Source: Lama glama (Eukaryota). From it: DNA of 64,000 nucleotides. The DNA lies in assembly GCA_028534125.1 (NCBI GenBank), contig CM052821.1, forward strand, positions 6,386,001-6,450,000. The letters run 5' to 3'. The translations under genes and the position numbers were made by a program. Each line of letters begins with the position of its first letter. The first letter of the stretch is position 1. Below the pieces are notes generated by a model. The model saw only the letters and a program-made list of their open reading frames with translations. It was not told the DNA's origin and did no database searches. Positions 38,701 to 51,379 of the stretch are shown here, piece by piece.

Positions 38701-41700
38701 TTTGGGGGCAGGGGGAGAGGAAATACCAATCACAGGTCAGACTTCAGCCCAGGCACTTCACATGGATTCTTCCACTTAATCTTCTCCCTAACTTTCCAAG
38801 TTTGGAATTACCACTCACATTTTATATAGGAGGAGATGGCAGCTTGGGGACAGGACTCAGACTCAGGTGCCCCAACTCCCAGTTCTGTGCTGGACCTACT
38901 GCCCTTGACTCTGAACTCCAGAGCTGTGGCTTCTGGCCCCGAGAGCCTTGATCCTTACAAGTGCGCCACAGAGACAGGTACACATATGACCTGTAAGTTG
39001 AAAACAGCAGTGCCTCCGAGGGGGTCTTTGGGGGGACTAGAAACATTCCAGTTTCTAGTTGGACAATGGTTGCCTGGGTGTGTTCCCTATGGAAAAGTCA
39101 TCAAATTATATACTCTTAAGATTTCACACCTATGATTTGTATGTATGTTACACTTTCAGAAATAAAAAGTTTATTTACAGAATCGCCAAGCATATTTATT
39201 CAAATCGATGCAGATGCTGCTGGAATTTATGGGGTACAGACTCATTCAAATGTGTGCTCCTGAAATCACAGAGAAACAGTGGCTGTTTCTCATTATGTAT
39301 TGGTTCTATCAACACATACTCCAAGCACAGCTCCAGTTAAAGGGAGGCTGCGTATCTGACGTTAGAAAGGGGTCGTCTCGCAGTGTGTTTTCTGAACCAC
39401 TCACTAGGCCCTGGCCCCTGCTTGTCAAATCTGATGGGACCCAGGGACTTATGTGCTCATAAGGGGGATCCCTTCATGTATCTTTGACAGTAAATAGCCC
39501 AGGGCAGGCCCCAAATGGGCAGCCAAAGTGCACCATCGTCCCCCAGCCAAGACAGTGGGCGTGGAAGTGGGTAAATAGGAGATGGAGGAAGTGGAACTGC
39601 ACAGCCCCTTTCTCACGCTCCCCCCTAGGCTGGCCCCCACCTCTGCTGAGCAGAGGGCAGGAACTTGCCCTACTTTCACCAAGAGCATCCCCACCCATGG
39701 GCCTCCACGCCCTTCCCGCGGGGTGGGCAGAGGGAATGAGCTCTGCCTCCTCCCCCTGAGAAGTGGCCCCGGGAGCTTCCCCTCCTTAGCCCCAGGACCT
39801 ATCACCGGCCCTGACCCAGCCACTTCCTCTTCCTGCCCTGGCAGCTGGCAGGGGGATTTGTGCTGCGGGCAGGGAAGCTCTGCCTACTGCCCCAGGGGGC
39901 TTCCATGGACAGCTTTGGGAACTGGAGGTGTAGGGTCAGGCCCAGGCCTGATCTCCTGACCCATGCCCAGGCCCCGCCATGACCACATGTGTCGTCACCT
40001 CCCCAAGAACAGGCGCCCAAGGACATGGGCCAGTCAGCTAGCACCCTCCACTTCTCACCCCAGCCCCCAACAGAAGCAAAAGATACAGGAACTGTCAGAG
40101 GCATCTCTGACCAGAAGCCAGCAAGGCTGGTGTGTGACCCAGGGCCAGTCCCTTGCCCTCTCTGAGATCGTTTCCTCATCTGCCCAATGCTGACAGCATC
40201 ACACACAAGTCCCAGTGCTGGGAGAATTCAATTTGCTAAGAGAAGGGGGAGGCTCAACATTGAAACAGGAGCACTGTCTGGGGGCTGGGGGGTGGGCAGG
40301 GAAAGGAGATGCCAGGGTTGCCAGCTCGACTAGGGAGCCGGCACTGCCCCATCCTTCTTCAAGAACTGGAGATAAATAGTAACCCCATCCCCACCTCTTC
40401 GTCTCCGGGGCTGAGAGAGCATGTCCAGACATGTGGCTCCCTTCAGCATCAGGGAAACTCCAGACTGTATGCAGCAAGTGCTCAATCGATACTCTAAAGA
40501 AAGCTGGTTAATTAAGGAAGTCAGGCCTCTCTCCACAGAGGTTATCTTCAGCCTGGTGATTTCTTAAGCCCCAACCCCCTCTCAGGCCAGGAGAAATTCA
40601 GATACAGCAGAAAAGAATAGGGATTAGACTTCAGGAAGAACATCCAGACAGAGCTGGAAAATGTAGACAAGATCACGGAGCTCCTTGGGGAAAGGGTGGC
40701 TCGCGCCTCATTTGCACCCTCCTCAAATCTCCTTCCGTACCCCTCAGCCTGCTCAGCTCCTGGCCAGCTCCTCTCTCCTCCACCCTTGGAGGGTCTCCCA
40801 CCACCTTGCAGAACATCAACAACCCATCAAATTCTCCTGCCCCTGCCCAAGGTCTCCACCCAGCCTCACTGGGCAAAATTTCAAATTCCAAAATAAAAAC
40901 CCTCTGATAACGAGCCCCAGCCGGAAAGACTGATGCATTTTCCTATTGTTAAAGTATTTTTAGTCACAGGCTCTGGATTCATTTAGAGACTCACGTTCAG
41001 AAAGGGGAAAAATATTTTTTCGAGAACCGACAAGGAGAGCACAGAGCCTCCCACGTAAGGAGCTCCACTTAATCCACGCCGGCCGAAGCCCTGGCCCGGC
41101 TCCCAGGGAGCGTGTTTGTGGCAAGCTGGTTGGCAGACTTGCCAGACCTTGCTCCAGCCCTGCTTCTCAGGCACCAAACCAGCTGGGAAGCCAGGCAAGG
41201 AGGGCAGGGCAGGGGCTGAGGGCTCCGGAAAGTCAGGCTGAGGGTTTGGACGCCCAGTCCTAACCAGCTGGGGGCCCAGGGATCCTACTCAGGGACCAGT
41301 GCCCAGGTACCTGACTGACACCCAGCTCACTTCAGCATCCCTCCCTAGCCTGAGCAGACCTTGTCCAAGCTGGGTCGATGGGAGAGGAGGACTGAGACAC
41401 TGCTGCAAATCTCTGAGGAAGGAGAGAGATGGCATGATTTTTATCACCTATTCCACATCTCTTGGTTCTCAAGTACAAAATGGTCCATGTTCAACTCCCA
41501 TCATCCAAGTACAGTCAAGTCTTTACTCTCATGCCTGTAGAGGGTCAGCCGCCCTTGCCTCCTCCTCCATCCCTCCTCTTCTTAAGGCCAAAGGAACCAC
41601 AAAGTAGACAGTCAGAGTGGAAAAAGACCCAACAGCCCAGCCCTGATAGCTCGATTTCCCCAGCCCTAAGACTCACCAGTTTCTTCCACACGATCTGCTT

Positions 41701-43717
41701 TGACTCTCAGAGGTCCTGGACAACTGCACCAAGGGAGAATCCCAGTGTTGGTTAGGGACTCTTCCTGGTGGCCTCAGGGAGCCCTGTGGGAAGAGATGTG
41801 ACTGCCCAGTCAGCCTGTCTGCCGGCCGAGGCTGTGCACCAGCTGAGTGGGCTCAGGACGTGGAGCTGTCTCCAAGCCAGAGCGTCCTCCCCTGTTTATA
41901 TAGCTGAAACTAGAGCCAGGCTCTGGGGACAGGGGGAGCTGCCTTGGAGCCCTCTTGGCTAAGGCCTGACTTTGGCTCAGGTCAGCAAGAGCCCAAAATA
42001 GTCAGCTGACGGGAGACCCGGCGTGAGCGTGACCCTGGGTCCATGCCCAGGCCTGGCAGACAGGTGCCCACGTCACAAGACCAGCAGCTCTAGCGCTCAC
42101 GGGGCCCCCGTTGGCAGCCCCTCGGGGTGGCCTTGGCAGCGGATCTGTCATGGGAATTCCACCCAACCACCAGCATCACCCAGACAACGGACTGAACACG
42201 AGGAATTCTGCCCCGAGCCACTGCGTACCCAGAGGGAAGGCTAGGTGCTCAGGAGGCCGGGTCTGAGCTGAGGGAAAGACACCTGGCCTGATGCTGTCAT
42301 CTTCACTCACGTGCTTCTCAAGTCCAGATCTCTGGTCGACCAAGGACACCTGCCTCTCCTTACAGTGATCCTCTTCCTGCCCCAGCCCAAGGTTGGTGGC
42401 ACAGAGCCTGCAGCCAGCAGGAGGCCAGGTGCATACCCAGCCCAGGCCCCGGAACAGGAGGCCATGCTACCCAGGGCTTCCCCTCCTTCCCTCCAGGCTC
42501 AGAGGGCTGGACACCCCGCCCTCCCCACCCCAGCCACCTTTCTGGGACTCTCTGTAGTCTGAACACCAACTCCACATGAGGCAATAGTGTTTGGGGGTCA
42601 GGGGGGATACTGAGCCAGATCCTGTTTTATCTGGGGATTTCTCAAGGTCCGAAGGAGGCTGTTGCTCAGAGATGGCCCTCTGCTTTGGGGAAGGAAGAAG
42701 GGAATCACAGGGTCCCTGTGCAGGGCGCCAAGCTGAACTCTAGCTCTCTCAGGTAAACACAGTAATCAGGACTATGGTGCCCTTGCCCCACCTCCATTAT
42801 CTCAAGTCCCCAGGAAAAGGCCTGGTGGAAATCCCATTTCCACACTCCACCCCTCACCCACAGACAGCTTGTGCCTTCTCTGGAACATCCTCAGACAAGG
42901 AAGGTATGTCCAAGCTGACCAGACTTCTGGGCTTGCCCGAATCCAGGAGACCTGCACTCTAAGCTTGGCTCCAGACGTCCTCCATGTAGGACCTTGAAAA
43001 GTCCATTCTCCCCTCTCTAACTCAGTTTCTTCTTCCCCAGGAGGAGGAGGGGAGCTAGATGGCCAAGGATCTCTCTAGCAGTGGCCCCAGGCCTGAGATT
43101 TTCCCTCTCACAGGTGCTGGATGAACAGTAGAAGGTCCGCCCCTGCCCTTTGTCAGCAAGACCCTCCCCATACATAGAGGCACCTCCCCACACCAGACTC
43201 CACAGGACCTACCGGCCTGCCACAATGGCAACAGGGTCGTCATCACCCTACCAGGGAGGGATGGGGTGGTCCCAGCCTTCCCTTCATGCACTCCCTGGTG
43301 CAGTGTCTAAACCCTAGGAAAAAGCCAGCCTTCCATGCCCCAGGTCTGCCCCACTCTACTCCCAGCCTGGCCTTGAGTTACCCAACCCCACCCCAGCAGC
43401 TTCCTGAAACCAGGGACATGCTGTTTCGGGAGCAGCTGTCATCCCCCACAACCCCCTGTCACCCAGCCCCAGAGCCCCCAACCTGTCCTGCTCACAAAGT
43501 CAGGCTTCCCCCTTCCCCACCCCCGCACCACCCCCACCATTGAAGAAATCAGATCTCCCGTGTCGCTGAGCAGCACCTTGCCTGCCACCTCTGCAGGGTT
43601 TCCCCCTCCATCCCCCAAACCACATCCGCTTCAGACAGCTCCACATCCACCTCTGCCCCCCAACCCCACCTGCTCGGGGCCCCAAGGGTGCACAAAGGGC
43701 AACAGCAGGGCACTTAC

Positions 43718-43837
43718 CACTCTGGATGGACTGACAGACCTTGAACAACACTCAGCCATCCCTTGGGCCTTCAGGGCCTGGCAGAAGGAGCTGACACCAG
43801 GGAGGGGCTGGGGCTGGCCTCTGTCCATGGTGGAGGC
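43718..43837 (-). other. NR4A1: NR4A1 upstream alternative (cassette) exon, 120 nt
   Basis: Branch point/acceptor CTGACTTTCCCTTTGTAG| at 43838 and donor GTG|GTAAGT at 43718/43717. The 3' end reads ...KVCQSIQS(E), matching the recalled human N-terminal extension ...KACWSIQSE. Confidence 0.8.
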
Positions 43838-46800
43838 CTACAAAGGGAAAGTCAGTGTGAGTGGAGAGAAACCAGCCAGCAGGGACTCCCATTCCCTGGA
43901 GACAGCACAGCCAGAAAACACAGGAGTGGGAACAGAGGCAGGACTCAGGTCACTGGGGTGATAAAGCCAGCCCAAGGACCTCCCTGAGCTGGGCGTTGGA
44001 GGCTGGGGGCCCATGTCCCAGGTGAACAGCTCCTGGGGATGTAGGGTGTGGCCAGGAGCAGCCAACAGCATCTGGGCATCTCAGAGCCACGGAGACACAT
44101 TCTAGTGTCCAGCCCCTTAGCCTCACACCCCACTCCTGGGTGGGGTAAGGGGTGTCTCATTCCAGCTCCCAGCCCCCTGATGTGCACAAAAGGGCATGTT
44201 GTAGACAGAGAAAAGGGAGCCATTGTGAGGACAGAACAGAATACCCCTCTCTCCTTAAGGGGCTCCAACCTGACCCCCAAAGCCTCAAAGGCCCCCACAG
44301 GGCAGGGGCTCCATGCCCCCATCTCCAGGAAGCCCAGCCTTCTAACCAGAACAATGGAAACTTGCAGAAAATCTTTGAAGGGACTCCAGTCACAAAACAG
44401 GAAGGTCCAGCCTGGAGGAGTGGCTAAGAGCATGGATGCTGGATCACTGTTGCCTGAGATCAAATCCTGACTCCATCACTTGTAACCTGGGGCAAATTAC
44501 ATAACCTCTCTGTTCCTCAACTAGAAAAATGGCAATCTGTAATCAACATCTCTATAATTAACAACCATAAGGTTATCATCAGGCTTAAAATGTGTTAATG
44601 TGTGTAAAGGACTTACAACAGTGCTGGATATGTAGATGTGGTATCGTTATTAGGAGAAATGGCTAATAAAAGCTGATCCCAGACCCTGGTCCCTATTCCA
44701 AACCACTTCTGGGCACCTGGCCTCTACTTCCAGAGCCACCTGTGTGTGCCACCCCTCTAGCCTCTTCAAGCTCTCCTCCCAACCCCGCCAGTGTCAAAGC
44801 CTTCAGTCAGGGCAATCCAGACCCCTGACTGGGGTCTCCTTCCCTTTTCCCACCCCTCCTCAGCACTCTCCTATCTTGACAGGGCCCCACAGTGAGGGCA
44901 GAACAGCCAAGGCTTGGTCTTCCTCGGTTATTGGGCTGCCCTTCAGGTTGAGATGAGGTCTGGGGAAAGAGAAGTAGATGCTTCCACACTGGGAGGTAGA
45001 GGGAGTACAGAGGAGGAGGCCCCAGGTGGTGGATGATGGGCTCCTGACTCCTAACCCAGGGTCCACAGGCTAAGAGGAGCTCCTCTGGCCCATGGTACCC
45101 AGATTCTCCTCTTACAGAGCTCCCAGTACCCAGTGTCCCTGTGGGTATAATGGGGAGCAGGTAGTGAAGGAGGGGAAGGCAGTCTGGATCATCTGGAGGG
45201 CTTCCAATCCCACAGAGAAGGCAAAACTAAGCTTCAAACCTGGCCAGACCCACAGGCTACACCTGTTTCCCAGAATGACACAGTCATCTCCCCATCTTTC
45301 CATATCCCAGACACAGGGTCTGCAGTCAGGCCCTAGCCCCCACCCCCAACCCTCCATGAACAGTGGGAGACCCCAGAAAGAGCAACCCAAGATCCCTGGG
45401 CCCCAGGAGGTAACACTGGGGGCCCAAATCCAGGTCAGTTACAGTCAGCACTGTGCAGAAGGCAAACTGGCTGAGTGGGAGCGGAGAAGGAGAAAATGGT
45501 AGCCTCCCAATGGAGTGGGAGCAACAGGCCAGACTTCAGTACTGAACCCCTCCTGAGCCTCCTTCTCACTGTGCTCCAGTCCCATGGGCTTTCTTTCCCA
45601 ACTCAGAGCCTTTCACATTGGCTGTTCCCTCAGCCAGGAAAGTCACTGCCCACAATATCCATATGGCGAGTTCCTTCTCATCAGTCAGGTTTCCACTCCA
45701 ACTTCACCTCCACTCCCACCCTGCCACATTAACCTATCTTTATCATCTCCAATAGGACCAGTGTTCATTTGTTCACTTGTCTGTCTCAATCACTGCAGAG
45801 TTCCGTCTCCAAACTAGAGCTTAGCACTAGCAGGTACTCAGTAAGTACGGGTGGAATAGAGGAGAGGAGCACTCACACATGCCTGCATCAAAACTGGGCT
45901 GGGAGGAGGGTCAGTCAGTGACGAAAGAAGGTGGGGAGGACATGCAGCTAAAGAGCTGTCCCTTCATTCCAGGACAGAATCAGTCTGAGGGTTCTTCCCT
46001 ATGCTGAGTCACAACTGACTCAAGAGCCTCCAGCCCAGGGCCCCCCTGAAACCTCCTCCTTCTCTTCCTATCAGGTATGTGAGTCTTTTCTTAACTAAAC
46101 TCTTTGCAGCAGGACATTGCTGACAGACCCTCTGCAGCCCTGATAGCTTCCTGATGGCATATAAACTCTGCACTGGCCAATGTCCTCACCCAGAAATAAG
46201 CATATTACTATTATCAACAACAACAACAAAAGCTAATATTTGTTGAACATCACATGCTAAAGATATATTACTAAGCACTTTACATGCATGTTCTCATTTT
46301 AGCCTCACCACACTCTGAGGAAGGGATTATTATGATGAACATTTTACCAAGGAGGAAACTAAGGCACAGCAATGTTAAGCAACCTGCCCAAGGCCACACA
46401 GCTGGCAAGTGACAAAGCTGGGATTAGAACCCAGGGAGCCCAACCAGGGAGCGCAGGGCCAGGCATCACCCTTCCCTCCTTGGACCTGCTTAGTGGGCAC
46501 CGAGCAGTTTGACAGCCAACACCAGAGAGTAAGTGGGAAACTCCAGGACCTGGGTAGCTGGATTGAACTTCTCAGCTAATTTTCTTAACTCTAGCACAGG
46601 CCTCAACATTTATAATCAGTCACATTCACCCTGGTAGCCTTGGTCCATCCTTCTGCTTGGCTGCCATCGCTTGAAATCTTGGCTTTATCATACTATACAC
46701 TTGGCATTGTCATTCCTCTCAGCTCTAGGTCACTACAAAGAGTCAGCTGGCTTTCCTTTCAAGTCATCATCCAACTCACTAGGAGTAGGTCTAGCACCAC

Positions 46801-47049
46801 GCCTGAAGCCACCATTGGAGCTTCCAGCCAGGCTGTTATCAGTACCCTAATCCATCAGCACCCCCCTACCTCTGCCCAGCCTTCCTTTTCCCAGCACGCC
46901 CCTAGTACTAGCCCCAAACCCAAATTAATACTCCACTGGAAACCACTGTAAATGCCACCTCTGCAGCATTTCTAATCCCAGGTCCACTCCTGACTCCACG
47001 AGACGGCTTCCAGGCTCGGTTTCTCGGCTCAATCCCACGAAGGGGTTGC

Positions 47050-47900
47050 ACCGGGCAATCCTGGTCCTTCCCGACTCCCCAGTCCTGGTAGCCGACCTCC
47101 CAAACTCCTGGGACCCGTTCCCCGCAGCCAGTGGGGAAATGGAAGGAATTTCTCCGGCCTGGCCACCTCCAGCATCCCTCGCGGGCCAAACCCCACCCTT
47201 GGCGGGCTGGGGCGAGACAGCGCTGGCCGCCGCGCTCGGGGGCTGACTCGGAGTAGCCGGTTCCGCCGGGAATCCAGTCCCTGCCCCCCGCCCGCGATCT
47301 CCGAGCAGGACTCCCGGTGCAGTCCCGAACCGCCGCCACGCACCTGTGCAGACCCTACTCTTCCCGGGCCTCTCCCGGGGTCCTCCGCGTCCCCTCCCCA
47401 GCCCCCTCACCTGGCCCGGCAAACCCTGCTCGCCTCTCCGCCCCCGCCTTCCGGGGTCGCGCCCCCGCCGGCGGGTGGCGGCTCGGCAGCGCCAGGGCGC
47501 CCATGGCCGGGCAGCCGGGGGTCGCGGGGGCCCCCACCGTGGAGCCGCCGCCGCCTCGCGCTCCTGTCGCCGCGCCGCCGCGGGCCCGCGCCCCCCGCCC
47601 CGGGGCAGCCCCCCGCCTCCCAGTTCCGGCTGCGGCCGCGCCCCCCGCCCCTGCAGCCCGCGGCCGCCCGCGCTGCCGTCCCAGACCCCGGGCGCGCCTC
47701 CCCCGGCGGGCGGGCGGGGACCGTGACGCGCGCCCATTGACGTCTCCGGAATCCCGGCGGCGGCTGCCGACGCAGCCTCATCAATGGGGCTAAAAATAGA
47801 GGCGCCCGGAATAGCCGCGAGCGCCCCGCCCCACGGGCCCCTCTCCCCAAGCCTCGCCGCACACCTTGTTACATAATCCTCCCCGCTGCGGCCGGGGTTG
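47050..47900 (-). promoter_or_regulatory. Upstream CpG island, candidate distal NR4A1 promoter
   Basis: Extremely CpG-rich. TGACG 47724-47728, TGACGTC 47738-47744, MEF2 CTAAAAATAG 47790-47799, D-box 47868-47877. Donors CAG|GTGAGG (47411) and CAG|GTGCGT (47344) on the minus strand. Confidence 0.7.
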
Positions 47901-50900
47901 GGGAGCTTTTTTTCAGGTGAGGCGTCTGTGGCCTTGCTAACACCTTCCGAGGCAAGCAGACCTGGAGCTGGGTTATAACTAAATTTACCCGGGGCTTCCC
48001 CCCTCCCTACGAAGAGATGGAAAAAGTGAGGCCCAGAGAGGCTCGGCAGCGGCCCAAAGTCACACAGCAATTAGGCTGCTTTGAGAGGACAGGGCTCCAG
48101 CCCTCTGAACCCTGGACACCCCCACCAGCATCACTTGGCCTTACATGCCACCACGAGTGCTCGGAGCCCAGCCAGCAGGGTGTCCACCTTTCACACAAAA
48201 AGGCTTAGGCAGAGAAAGAGAACTTCCTGGGCGAGTGAAATTTCTCCTGAAGAGAAGCATTCCAGAGGATCTTGTACTACTGTGTGAACTAGCACAAGTC
48301 ACTTCACCTCTCTGGGCCTCAGTTTCCTTACCTATAAATTGAGTGTGATAATATTATCCACCTTTTTTGGTTATCGGGAGTGGGGAGGATAGAACAACTG
48401 TAGAGATGCCTTGTACACAGTAGGCACTCAGTTACTTTCTCCTCCTTGCTTTCCTTTAGGAATCTGACTTTCTCCATCCACAGGAGTGCTTAGTGTAGGA
48501 AATACAGACATGCATCACAGTGGCCAGCAAGCCCTGAGTGGGCAACCCGCTTCTGACCATAGTCGCCTCCCCACCACCTCACTGGCACACTCTTTGGAAG
48601 TGGGAGAACTGTACTTGTCCCGAGCAAATAAATCCTTCTTCCACAACAGCAACCCACTTAGGAGTGGCTGCTTCAGGGAGGCCAGGCCAAGGCCGGAGCA
48701 GTGGGGCTAGGGTCTGGCTGGGCGGGGTTGGGGTGACAATATCTGCTTCTGTACCTCTCAGCAGGCAAGACCCTTGGGGAATACCCATCAGGCAGGACCC
48801 AGTCCTGTGCTCTGTGGCCCCAGCCACCCAGGCCCCTACTCATTTGGGGAGCCACCTTAAATTATGAGCATGCTAATCACCCAGGCCAGCCCCCACGCAG
48901 CAAAGAATCTCTTCTGCATTCAAAACTCTCCAAAAGAGGCCCCACACCCCCACTCAGCCCTCATTCCAGGGGCCACATTCCTCTCCCCACCCTGCTGCCC
49001 ACCCCCAGAAATCCTTTCCTGGACCTGGCCTAAACTCTAGCTGCAGCTCAGAAGCCCCTTTCTCTCATTCTTCAGAACAATCCCAAGAATCTGGTTTGTC
49101 TCAAAAATCACCTTCTCAGAACCTTTTTCTTTCCTTCCCAGATTCAAATATTAGGCCAATGTAGAGATAAAGAAATCAAGACTTCAACAATGGCGAGGTC
49201 AAGGGGGACCCACAAGTCTGGCTTTTTCCTCACCTTACCTCCCCTCTTCCTGCCCCAAGAGTTCCTTCCAAATGGACTTTTTTAAAGAAGCCACTGCCCC
49301 CACCTCCTCTTTTTCTTTTTCCAGAAATCTAACTTTTGAAATACGTTTTAAAAATATTTGCCTGTGTAGGAGAAATACATTTATTTGGACAGGAAGGATA
49401 ACATTTTTAAAAAGGCTCAGTTACCAGTTTTTCCATAAAGGCTTCCAGCCCACAGAGGTCTCTCCCTTCTATAAATACTTTAGCACAACTTGGCTTTATT
49501 ATATACCCTCCTATTTTATAGTGAAATAAAATATATACTAAAATATGTACCGCTAAAACACACATCTCGGTGTGGCTTGTGGAGGCAGAGTCAGAGGTGG
49601 AAGGAACAGAGGCTCAAGAGGCCTGGGACTGATACTGGTTCCAACTATTACCGACCGTGTGACTTCAGGGAAGTTACTCAACTTCTCTGGCTTCAGTCTC
49701 TTCATTTAAAACATGAGGATGACAGCATATCCTTCTCTCGCAGAGTTGTCATGAGGAGCACATCTTTGATAGTAGAAAGAAGAATGCGGCAAGGAGCCTG
49801 GCACGTAATAGCAGACCTGCAGTTTCCACACAAAAAACTAGGGGGAAGGCAAGGCTGGGGACTTTGTCTTGAAGCTGCACATGCAAAGTACTCATCCTGG
49901 CTTTGTCCAGCTGGTATGTTCATCTGGGAGCTTGAGGAGCTGCACAGATGAGGGCAATGTCACCTCATTATGTCATGACAGATGTTAAAATTCCAGCCCC
50001 CTTGTCTCCTTGACCCAATTTGTTAGTGGCCAAGCAAGGACCACAGCCCTGGTCTTCTGACTCCCAGACCAGTGCTCTAATTTCTACCCATCCTCTTGTT
50101 CCTTCATAGTTTAGCCCCTCCTCTTTCTACACAGATTCCAGGAACCACCACACAGTCCGTATGACAGATGGGAAAACAGAGGGGAGAGAAGGTCAACTAC
50201 TTGGATGGCTCAGGAGCTAGGACTAGAGGAGATAACAGACCCTCTGGCCAGTGCTGTCCCACATTCTGGGAAATTCCTAAGGGAGAAGGACAAGATCTTG
50301 CCACACAAGCTGGCTCCTAGTCTGATGGAGAGGAGGCAGGACACAAGAATAGTTATGAAAACATTGCCAGAAGTTCCAAGAGGCAGCCTCTAAGAGGCCT
50401 CGAGCTAGCACTAGGGTAGAATCTAAAGGGTTAATCTGAGAGGACCCACCCCCACCCCCACCCCCAGAAGAAGAGAACAGGGGCACAGTGTGAAGGGAAA
50501 CACAGGACTGGGCAAGGCAGAAAGAAGTGAGGGCATCCCATGCAGGAGAAAGACTGACCTCAAAGCTCATAGGTATGGGTTGGGGGCAGGGTTGAGATCC
50601 TGGGAGTGGAGAGTCTCAGGACCCAGAACAATCCACCACACCCTCGCTCTTCCTCACGTGCCCTTTCATCTCAAAGTAGCAGAAACCCATGTTCCAACTC
50701 CACCTAGTCAGGGAGACACCATTCCACCCCACCTCCATCCCACTGGGGATGAAGGTAAAAGGATGTCAAGGGGGTTCCCCAGCCCATTTGGGCTTCAAAG
50801 GGGTTCCCCTGTCCAGGCCCCAGCCTTTCATGAGGAGAGGGGCTATGGTGGGGATTCCCTTAGTGGTTCCCTTCCGGGTCCTGAGGATGGAGAAATACAT

Positions 50901-51379
50901 GGCTGGGGTCCCCCTACACTTCCCCAGGATTAGGAGCAATTAAAGGGCAAAACCCAAAAAAAAATGGGGGCACAAAGACAGGGCCTTCTTTGGGCTGTCC
51001 CAGGGATCATGGGCCTTCCATGGACACCATCCGGATGGGATTACATGCTCTGAATTACATAGGGACCATGAGGGGCCCAACTGAGTGCTTTTCGAGGTGC
51101 TTCTACATTCGCTTTTCCCTGGTTGCCATGGAAGGCTGTGAGGGCCAGCACGAAGAAAAGTGGCCTAAGTCACCAGGCTGGAAGTGACAGAGCTGAAATT
51201 AATGACAAGATTTCTCCTAAATCCAAGCCAGGCTCTTTATTAAAAACAAACAAATTCTTTGTAACTTTTTAATTACAAAAGCAACAGGCTCGCTGTAAAC
51301 AAATGCAAAAAGTTATAGAACTGTGTGATTTACGAAGTGAGAGGCCGGTAATCCACCCCCAGAAGAGTTGAGTTTGGTA

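Noticed and set aside
46925-48070. 381-aa minus-strand ORF
   Set aside because: Low-complexity G/R/A/P translation of a CpG island, non-AUG start in MIR-like sequence, no recognisable domain. Long ORFs are expected at this GC content.
48361-48370. CCTTTTTTGG formal CArG match
   Set aside because: Homopolymer core inside a MIR remnant; probably chance.
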